DNA from: the human T2T-CHM13v2.0 reference genome, Homo sapiens
Direction: 5' to 3' (one strand)
Length of the DNA stretch: 64,000 nt
Assembly (NCBI RefSeq): GCF_009914755.1
Contig: NC_060930.1
The stretch's first letter is position 1; every line of letters starts with the position of its first letter. Made by a program: the position numbers and the translations under genes. Of the stretch, positions 49,130 through 64,000 are shown piece by piece. Under the pieces are notes generated by a model, which was given only the letters and a program-made list of their open reading frames with translations, was not told the DNA's origin and searched no databases.

Positions 49130-49350
49130 TGTTTAGTGGAAAGCAGAACTCTACAGTTTAAAAAATTTGCATTCAGTTCTTGGAGCCACTACTTCTTGGC
49201 CATGACCTCTGGGAAGTTACTTAACCTCTCTGGGCCTTCAGAGGGCTATCTGCAACATAAGAATGATAGTATCTCCTCTTCAAGGTTGATTATAAGGATC
49301 AAATGAGTATGTAAACTGCATATGTTATGTACATAAAGCGGTAAATGTTC
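49130..49350 (+). mobile_element. MIR in the KIAA0319 3' UTR; other MIRs at about 35300-35390, 51480-51720, 53530-53745 and 56150-56370
   Basis: MIR core gggaagttacttaacctctctgggcct. Confidence 0.65.
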
Positions 49351-51129
49351 ACTCCCTTCTTCCTCATTACGCCCGATGACTTTACATTTGGGCTGCTGTC
49401 CCCTATGCCAGAAATTCACATTTGCATGCAAACAACCATAACCCTGGTCACCTGATAAGGCAGATTCTAGGCTTATGAAGCTCAATACTGGTTAAAAAAA
49501 AAAATCACATTTTCCTTCTAACACTATAGACAGTATTGAATTGGCTAGTTATACAGAAAGTGTAGGCATAAGCAAAGCAATTATTTTAAAAATAAAATGA
49601 CACACTTTTTAGTTCTGCCTTTCCCCAGTAAATTACAATAAGTAAAAATAAGATGGTCCCATGAGGATGAATACTGCGGGAGATGACAAAAGCACCTAAA
49701 AGCTGAATTTTTTTTAAGAACCCATGGGGAAACATTTTCTCTGGCACTCCTGCCCTGGTGTTTAAATACCTTGCTTCTTCATCAGCAATGCATTCCTAGT
49801 TTTCCCATGTGTTAAAAAAGCATTGTGCAACAGGATATTGTTTAGGTGTGCTCACACTTGGTACCACAACACTGGTTCTATCTCTCATTCTAATCTTCCC
49901 ACAAAAAATGCCAAGGGCACCACCAAGGCCACCAGCCTCAGGACCAAGGGTGGATGGGGAACTACCCTGAACCAGTCAACGTAGCAGGCTACAATTAACT
50001 CCAGTTAATTGCTCGGGAGTACTGCTTTGTGGGTGGGAATGTTTTAATTGTCTTTCATGTTTGAAATAAGATTTATTCGGTAGAAAAACTTAAATGTATT
50101 TTTAAACATATGAAGTGAATACATCTATGTCAAGTTATTTTGGAAAGTACCTGTCGGGGACCAGAGTATCATAACCACGCCATCCAAGTTAAGACTGACT
50201 GTATTTCAGAGTTTTGGAATATATACACAATTGCTGAGTCGTTATCCCTATCTATGGCAGTCCAAACGCACAGCCTACAGAACATAATAAATGCTTAATG
50301 AATTAATCACTTCTATTGCATTTAATGTAAACTGGGGATCCGTTTACATTAGAGAACTATACTGCTAAACAACACCGAGAGGAGTCAGTGTAGTTTTTCT
50401 TAGAGAAAGAAAAGATAATGTTACAATGCTACCTTCAACCTGCACGGCATTAAGCTCCTCCTCCCCTTTCTATTGCCTCAGTCCTTAGAATACGATTCTT
50501 CCTTAGCTCTTGAATGGCCAACAGCTGCTTTCTTGAGAGAGATGAAAACTGCCATTGACATAGCACAGAATTAAAAACCAGGAGGGCTTGGCACTGTGCG
50601 AGTGTTGCCGTCAGCACAGAAAGCTTGCTACATGCAAGACTCCGTACCTCCACAGATGGCCCGTGCCTCTTAGACAAGCTATTTTAACATACACAGCCAT
50701 CTGACTGCAGGTCCTACAAGAGAAACCGTGTTTAGAATGCTGTTCCTTAGAGGCAATCACAGCGGCTAAGACAGAAATCATCCCTTTTTAAAACCTTGTT
50801 TCATTCACCTTCTCTAAGGTTCTACAGATAGAAATCGTTGTTCATCTTTAATATGAGATTGTGCCAGCTACAAAAACTCAAAACTCTTTTAAGTATATAC
50901 CTTAGAGTTTTACCCAGCCTTTATTTCTATTAACAAGCATCTCAGTTAAAAGAGCAAAGTTTTTGTTTTGTGCCTTCAAAAACCGGTCTTTTAGTACGTG
51001 GGGATACACATCTAACCCACTGGGGAAGAAGGTCAATGAACTATTCTAAAAGAGTGGGTTTTGTGCTGTAACTCCCACTGACTGGTCTTGGATTCAAGGG
51101 GTCCTTCCACTTTACAATGAACTGCGCCA

Positions 51130-51308
51130 TTATCTGTCCTTTGAGCAATAACTGAAGGAAGCTCCATTTCTGATGGAACCATTCATGGAAACCTTTGGAT
51201 TCCCTCTCTCCATCTTTTCTCGGCTGAAGATTGTGTCCTGGTCACTGTCAAACTCAGACTCGGATACCATCAGGCTGGAGTTGTGCTCTGTGCTTCGGTG
51301 CTTGATAC
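51130..51308 (-). CDS. KIAA0319: KIAA0319 last exon, coding part (GIKHRSTEHNSSLMVSESEFDSDQDTIFSREKMERGNPKVSMNGSIRNGASFSYCSKDR*)
   Basis: Acceptor cttctctctAG; TAA stop at 51130-51132; matches the KIAA0319 C-terminus. Confidence 0.95.
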
Positions 51309-52149
51309 CTAGAGAGAAGCACAGAAGCATCTGAGGAGGAACGCCGTGATTCACTTCCAGCTGTCAGTCGTTGTGGTTGCAGGTCCCGTGATGGGCACGG
51401 AGTGGTGCTCTCCGCCCCTTGAAAGCAATCACTCAAAACAGCAGGCGGTTTGGGTTTCCTAGCAAGTAACTGCAGGGGCTTTGATGCCTCACCCGAGCTT
51501 CTGTCCCAGCTTTGACACTCGCCAGATGCTTGAGCCTGGGCAAGATACCGAACCTCTCTGAGCTTTCAGTCTCCTCCTCTATTCAACTGGAAGATAACAA
51601 AGCATCTACCCCATGAGTTTATGCTGAGGATTAAGTGAAATAGTGCATGTAAAGCTCTCTTGGCCCAGCCTTTAGTACATTGTAAGCATCCAACAAACGA
51701 AAGCTTCTGTGATTTTACCATTTGGTTAAAATATTTTTGGTAGAATATTTGATTTCAGGGGGTCAACCTAAGATACAGAACAGGTATAAGATTCAATTCC
51801 TACTCTCAAAGGATTTATGGTGTCTAGCTAGGGGTTTAAGACATAGACTTGGCTGGGCATGGTGGCTCACGCCTATAATCCCAGCCCTTTGGGAGGCTGA
51901 GGTGGGAGGATCACTTGAGGCCAGGAGTTCGAGGGTACAGTGAACTATGATCGTGTTGCTATGCTCTAGCCCAGGTGACAGAGCAAGACCCTGTCTCGGG
52001 AAAAAAAACAAAAACAAGACATAAAAGGCATAGACTCATGAGAAGATGGCTCATAACAGGTTAGATGTTTTTTAAATTGTATATGAATTAGGAGATAAGC
52101 ACATATACTTATGGCAGGGGTTGCTTCAGTAATGTTTCCCATAGGGTGA

Positions 52150-52571
52150 TGTTGCAGAACTTTCTCCTTAGTTCAGCTAAAACCAGGCTCTTGTCACACT
52201 ACCAGGAAAGATTAGGCTCACGGAAACATAGAGGGGTGAGAAAAATGGAATTTATTGGTCAAAAAGGAAACAAAAACTCTCAGCAAATAGAGAGGGGGTC
52301 TTGCCAACAACCTCCTGCCTCACAGATTGAATCCCAGGTTACCACACAGAAACTGAAGAGGCCAGGCTCCTCCCCACTGCAAATGACACGAACTTCCTGT
52401 GGCTCCATCCTCTTTCCCCAGTGCGCAGGTGGACATTACTTAGGGAGAATCAGCTGGGAAAGGGCAGGGCCTTCACTGGGGACCAGCAGTCCAGTTTTTC
52501 AGCCTTCAGGCTGTTTTAGGCTTGGAGGTGGGGTTTCGCCAGGGACTCTTGGCTGTCTCCTGTCTCTATCA
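52150..52571 (-). mobile_element. ERV1 solo LTR (MER61-like) in the last KIAA0319 intron
   Basis: TG...CA termini; perfect 4-bp TSD GTGA at 52146-52149 and 52572-52575. Confidence 0.8.
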
Positions 52572-52872
52572 GTGAGATTTGAAGAAGAGATTTTAGACAA
52601 GAGGACGGGGAAGGTCATGGAGTATGCAGAAGCATCCGGGAATATTTAGAAAAAAACTGGTTTGTTTGGAGCAAATGATTCATGTAGGAAATAATGAAGG
52701 AGAGAGGCTGGAGAAAGGCAGGGACCTCACAGAAAAGCACATGAATACAAAGTAAACCATGAAGTTTGGATTTTATCCTAAAAGCAGAGAAATGACACTA
52801 TTAAAATGTTGTTCTGAGACATTAATAAAACCACAGTGTGCAGGATGGAAGACGGACAGTAGACATAGAGGT

Positions 52873-53507
<635 letters not shown>

Positions 53508-54940
53508 GAGGCAGTGCAACATAGAGGAAGAGCCCAGCCTCCACCCCACCTTCAGCACTCACCAGCTATGTTACTTGGGCAAGTTGCTAAACTTTCCTTT
53601 GCCTCAGTTTCCTCATGTGTAAAATGGGGATAATCATTGCACATAGCTCGTACCGCTATGGGCAGGATTAGAATTCAATGGGTAAAGTACTTGAGATGTA
53701 CCTAGTACATATTCAACATTAAATACCTGTTTATTATTACTATTAGTTCACGGGTGAAACTGTAAGGACCTGAACTGGGGCGGTGATGGTAATGACGAGG
53801 AAAGAGGGCAAGAGTCTAGCAAGTGCGGGTGTCTGGAGTGGGGGGCGGTGTGTGTGGAGCACCAGCGACTGAGGTTTCAAACTGGGGCAGTGAGAATGGG
53901 GGTTCTATGAATAGAAACAGGAATGTCAGAAGGATGAGTGTATTTTAAGACAAAGATGGGTGAGATAATGCAACCTAAAGCACGTTGAGCTCTTAGGTAA
54001 ACGTCACTATAATACTTCTGATATTATGCAATGCAAATGGTGAGCACTCAATGTATGCCACTATTTGTTCTTCCTGTGAGGCTCTTCCTGCCAAAGCCCT
54101 ATTAGCTACACTCTCTGTACACGATCAGTCATTCTGACCTGAGTGTTCCTACCCGGCATCGTCCATGCACTGATAGAACTCCTTGCACTCCAGTATAATT
54201 ACCCTCCCTCAGGCTGTGAGCTCCTGTAAAGGCAGGCTCTGTGCTTCCTCCTCTCCCAGTCTCCAGGGCCTAACCCGGTGCCTGTGCACAAGGTAGGCAT
54301 TCAACACTCACTGTGAACAATGTTTTGCACCTCACAACTCTGAAAAAGATTATATCTTCCATAAAAATTATCTTAGTCATAAGCCCAGAATTATGGAAAA
54401 TCTATAGAATCGGTGTTTAGCAGCCTCAGAGGGCCAGAGAAGTTTCATTAAGTATGCAACAGTTAATAAACGAGAATGAAAAAGTTAACCGAGGTGGGCA
54501 ACAGGTGCTCCTAAGCATAGGGATCAATACACTTTGTGAAGAAAGTCAATTTTCTGTAAAGCCTTTGTGTCCATCTTTATCAATGGCTAATTAGATAACG
54601 CAGCTGCTGAAAAATGTTAGGCTTTAAAGTCCAAATGTCCTCTTGCTGCATTTCTGTCCTAGCAGACCTAAAGGGAACAGCGTTCAGAGCTGAGCTGTGG
54701 GAGTGTCTTCAACTGCCCCCACCCTCCACCCGCGAGTAGAAAAAAAAGCAGGTGCTGGGGACATCTCTGTTTAAAAAGCAGTCTTTGCCCTGTGGTCATT
54801 GGTAGGTGCCCAGCTGATAACATTTCATATCCCTCATCCATTAATGCCTCAAAGTATTACACCAAAATTTCATTAAATTTATAATGAACCCACTGCCTTC
54901 TGCCCCCACCCCCGCATTAGCATATCCTCAGGATTGATGA

Positions 54941-56889
<1,949 letters not shown>

Positions 56890-57214
56890 TAAAAATCACA
56901 CCTTTGGAGAGCAGTTACAATGTTTCACATGAAAGAGTGGACCTGATGCTCTCTTCTAAGGACAGAGGGTTGAGCATGGGGTTCTGGAAGATTTGGCCAG
57001 TGAGGTAGCTTGAGGCTTCTCAGGGGTCAGCTCCATGGAAAAAGGAAACACCTAAAGCAAAAGTTCTCTTTGGCGGTGTTATTGCCTCGCTTACAGTTTC
57101 AAATTTATTAAAAATGATTCAGGTGGATTCGATTATTGCTTTACATAATGAAAATAATCAAAACCTACCATTTGTAACAGTATACTTCCAGAACTCCTTC
57201 CTCTATTGAGACCT

Positions 57215-57240
57215 GTAAGGCCACTTAGGTACTTGTGAGA

Positions 57241-57308
<68 letters not shown>

Positions 57309-58238
57309 TATATATATATATATATATCTGTATGTATGTTTTCATCACAGTTCCTGGCTAATAACTCCCACGGCCCTTGTTATAATGCTGGGGCACTTTA
57401 GGCCTCAGAAAACAGAATCTCCCTCTCTCTCTCTGACCTTCTCCTGCCTTCTTTCACCTGCTTTTTATTCTCCCCAAAGCAAGAAACTTCCCCTGCCTTT
57501 CTGTCTCGGAGCTGGCTAGAAAGACATTCTCTGACCTACTTTGTCTGATTATAGGTCATAAAACCCTCATTTCAGAAAGAGTTCTGCCTCCTACGAGGAG
57601 AATGGAGTGCTTTACAGAGAGGCTGAGAAGAATCTGGACAGGCCTTGCTGGGCTTCCCCACTCAGCCTGTTAGTATCACATCATACCCTTTTTGTCCAAC
57701 TACTTTTCTATAACTATCCAATGAAGTCTTCATAAAAGACCCAAGACGACAGGGTTCAGGGAGCTTCTGGACAGCCAAACATGTGGAGGTTCCTGGAGAG
57801 TAGCATGCCCAGAGAGGGCATGGAAGCTCTAGGCCCCTTCCCCATATCTCACCCTATGCATCTCTTCATCTGTATCCCTTGTAATATCCTTTGTAATAAA
57901 TAACCAATGTGTTTCCTTGAGTTCTTTGAGCCACCCTAGCAAAATAACTGAACCCAAAGAGGGAATTGAGGGACCCAATTTAGAGTCAGTCAGAAGCCCA
58001 GGTAAAACGACCTGGGGTATGCAACTGGCATCTGAATGGGGTGGGCAGCAGTCTTGGGGACTGAGTCCTTAACCTGTGGGATCTGACGCTATCTCCAGGT
58101 AGACAGCGGCAAAAGTGAATTGGAGGACACCCAGCTGGTGTCCACTGCAAAGCTGTTGCTTGACTGGTGTGTGCGAAGAAACTCCCAAACAATGGTCACA
58201 GAAGTCTTCTGTATTGATTGTGGTTGAGTGAGAAAACA
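57215..58238 (+). mobile_element. MER21-family LTR containing a (TA)n(CA)n(TA)n microsatellite at 57243-57328
   Basis: gttcctggctaataactcc...ggagcttctggacagcc...gtccttaacctgtgggatctgacgctatctccaggtagacag. Confidence 0.8.
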
Positions 58239-58509
58239 GTACCACTCTAGTGAATATAATGTAAGACTGATAGAGAATAACATTAGATATGATACAGAAT
58301 CGTTGACCCTCCTAGAAAACACAAGAGCTGCAATGAGAAAAAGCTGCCTCTAATATTCCATTTATTTAGGCACTTATGCTTTGTGGCAGAAAGTGCATTA
58401 TTATAATAAACAGCTTAGTGGTTTAACAAGTCCAAGTAAACAATTCCTAAGCTGTCAAAACACACTTAGTGTAGGGTCTCTATTTCCCAGGAATAAGCAC
58501 TCTAGGTAC

Positions 58510-58600
58510 CTTTTGCAGCAGCAGATGCAAAGCCAAGTGAAACCTCCTGTTAGCACAATAAGAGTAAAAGCCAACACTGTCACATAGAATATACTCCACT
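58510..58600 (-). CDS. KIAA0319: KIAA0319 transmembrane exon (91 nt; EWSIFYVTVLAFTLIVLTGGFTWLCICCCKR)
   Basis: tttcAG/GTacct boundaries; hydrophobic helix followed by a Cys cluster and basic residues. Confidence 0.94.
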
Positions 58601-59119
58601 CTGAAACACAAGAAAACCAAAGTGGACATAGTTACAGGCTATTTGTAGAACAACTTTATTTTGATGATTCATAACAACTATTTCTGAATCCCTACAAGGA
58701 AAGGCCACCTGTGGAGTTGATAACATCAGACTGGTAGCAGAGCAGAGCAAGGTAAAATACAGATAAATCAAGAACTGTAAAACTAAAACTGCCCTGTTTT
58801 TATCTATTGGGTTTCAGGGCCTCACGGAGCACATATTTCATGCGAACTTGGGAACAGAATAATCTGAAATAACTAAAATTAGTCAATTACATAGTAATGC
58901 CTCTTATATAAACACACATGTATACCACATCAAAATATTCATTCCAGAATGCCAAAAATCACAACCCCTACCCCTGAAAGTTCTGGCTTGGTTTTAATAA
59001 AGCATCTATATGGCTGTTTATGGCATGAAGACATTTTTCACGGCCAGAGAGCAATTCAGAAACTACTTGACCCTCATTCCTTCCACATCCTTACAGAAAT
59101 CTAACGTGAAAAGCTTTCA

Positions 59120-62265
<3,146 letters not shown>

Positions 62266-62334
62266 AGTTATTAAAAATTAAGTTACTCCATATTATAATT
62301 GAGAAAGTCAATTGTAGATGGATATATATATATC

Positions 62335-62336
<2 letters not shown>

Positions 62337-62368
<32 letters not shown>
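62337..62368. repeat. (GATA)8 tetranucleotide STR
   Basis: Read directly from the sequence. Confidence 0.95.
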
Positions 62369-62973
62369 TCTGAAACAAATTAAATTTTACTGCCCAAACA
62401 TTATCATTTCCCTTGTAACTCTCATTTCCCTGGAGTCTACTGAAATAACCACTTCAACATAACAAGAGATTCATGTTACTCATGAAATAAAGATAGAAAC
62501 AATGGGACTATGAATCATTTGAGTACCCTGGAAGGGGTGGTGAGCATGGAGCTAAGAAAAGAGGCACACCTGGAGAAGGCATTTGCAAGCTGTCTTAAAT
62601 TTTCAAGGAGCTACATGACATTATCATCACAACCTAAGGCATGATGTCCAAGGTAAATAAATTATATAAACATGGCTTTTGCAGCCAGTAACACTTATTT
62701 GTCTTTAACACTGTTCTTTCTGCCAATAGCCATTATCTTGTGAGTATAATCTTAACTTTAGACCCATAATTATTATTGTTTTCCATTTTTCTTCCAAGAC
62801 CAAGAGTAGTTGGCAAATGCATGCTGCAGGAAACTCTATTGGAGAAATAAATGTAAAACAAGTCCCTGGATGCTAAAGTGAAAATGTTCACATGTCACTC
62901 CTCTTCTATGTTTGTCAAACTTATCCATGATTGGCAAGTCTGATTGTTTTAGAATATTCCATAGGAGACCTAC

Positions 62974-63116
62974 CTGCTGTATCAACCCTCAAGACCTTGA
63001 AAAGCAAGAAGTCAGCCTTCTCCTTTGAGAGCCGCATGTGCAGATTTCGGGCCACTTCAGCAGCTTTGAGAACCTTGAAAGGCGGCCTGCTCTGTACATA
63101 AAACACAATCACGGTG
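62974..63116 (-). CDS. KIAA0319: KIAA0319 exon, 5th from last (143 nt; STVIVFYVQSRPPFKVLKAAEVARNLHMRLSKEKADFLLFKVLRVDTAG)
   Basis: Minus-strand ctccacAG/GTaggt boundaries; in frame with the next exon. Confidence 0.93.
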
Positions 63117-63360
63117 CTGTGGAGGAGACAATGAGAGAGGACAGCCACATGGTCAGATGGTGACTGCCATGACACGCCCACCACAGCATCTGACCTGTGA
63201 AACTGGGGAGGTAGACGGCTACAGCTCTGTGGCTTGCCAAGGACAGGGGCGTATCTGTGAGCCAAGGAATTGATGTTTCTATTCACAAAGCCTCTTCAGT
63301 CTCAACGTACAGCTGATCAAAGACAGACAGATCTTCAGATAAAAGAAGCAATGTGTAAAT

Positions 63361-63590
63361 TATGTATCAGTTTTTGAAAATCCTAACCAAATGGGTCTGG
63401 AGAGCTATCAGGTTAGTGAACAAGAATGCATCTATGTGCTGGGATGTATGAAGTGTTACATCCATGGGGATGGAAGCTCCCATGCACAGGACCCTTCTAG
63501 ATCTTGCCCTATGTACCTTTTCATCTGGCTGTTCATTTGTATCCTTTAATATATTCTTTGCAATAAATCCATAATAGTAAAAAAAAAAAA
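63361..63590 (+). mobile_element. Polyadenylated MER21-like LTR fragment with a 20-bp TSD
   Basis: Ends in AATAAA, about 11 nt, then A12; flanks aaaagaagcaatgtgtaaat and aaaaggagcaatgtataaat. Confidence 0.75.
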
Positions 63591-63649
63591 GGAGCAATGT
63601 ATAAATGTGTGCAAAAAGACAAATATACACAAAATAACTTGCAGACATG

Positions 63650-64000
63650 TCTTTCTTTTTACCTTTTTTTGATTGAGATATAACTTACATATCATAAAAT
63701 TCACGCTTCTAAAGTGTAAATGGAATGGCTTTTAGTATATTCACAAAGTTGCACAACCATCACCACTATCAAATTTCAAAACATCTTCATCACCCCAGAA
63801 AGACAATCCACACTCATTAGCACCTCCTCCCCACAGTCCCGGGCAACCACTAATCTGCTTTTGGTCTCTATGGATTTGCCTCTTCTGGACACTTCAGATA
63901 GATGGAATCATACAATATGAGACCTTCTGTGTGTGGCTTCTTTCACTTACCATCATGTTTTCAAAGTTCATCCATGTTGTAGCACACATCAATACTTTAT
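63650..64000 (-). mobile_element. L1M (L1MB/ME-type) 3' end
   Basis: gattgagatataacttacatatcataaaattcac...ggcaaccactaatctgcttttggtctctatggatttgcc. Confidence 0.75.

Larger units (their letters stand above)
48070..51129 (-). other. KIAA0319: KIAA0319 3' UTR (about 3 kb; end approximate)
   Basis: Repeat-poor sequence after the stop codon; minus-strand AATAAA at 48318-48323 and 48088-48093. Confidence 0.75.

Noticed and set aside
52146-52649. 167-aa ORF antisense to KIAA0319
   Set aside because: Lies within a solo LTR, has no ATG start at the called position and shows no domain

Overview
Primate, almost certainly human, genomic DNA from the 6p22 locus. It holds two convergent protein-coding genes. 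On the + strand is ALDH5A1 (succinate-semialdehyde dehydrogenase), from intron 1 through coding exons 2-10 and a 3' UTR ending at about 41.15 kb; exon 1 lies upstream of the window. On the - strand are the last five exons and 3' UTR of KIAA0319. I read all 14 constitutive exons by hand: each has GT-AG boundaries and they join in frame. The rest is dense with repeats: about 45 Alus, a 4.6 kb antisense L1PB, solo LTRs, Tigger3, MER58, L2 and MIR. I found no new gene family or prokaryote-type system. The most interesting signals are: (1) a 39-nt L1-derived ALDH5A1 cassette exon that has the AG|GT layout of a recursive-splicing exon; (2) an HSP90AA1 3'UTR-only retrocopy with poly(A) and target-site duplication (TSD) in intron 1; (3) two short LTR-derived fragments inserted with poly(A) tails and long TSDs, as SINEs are; (4) a fossil multi-template-switch insertion at 572-688; (5) several latent splice and poly(A) switches. 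Repeat family names come from my recall of consensus sequences, not from a search, and repeat boundaries without a TSD are approximate.
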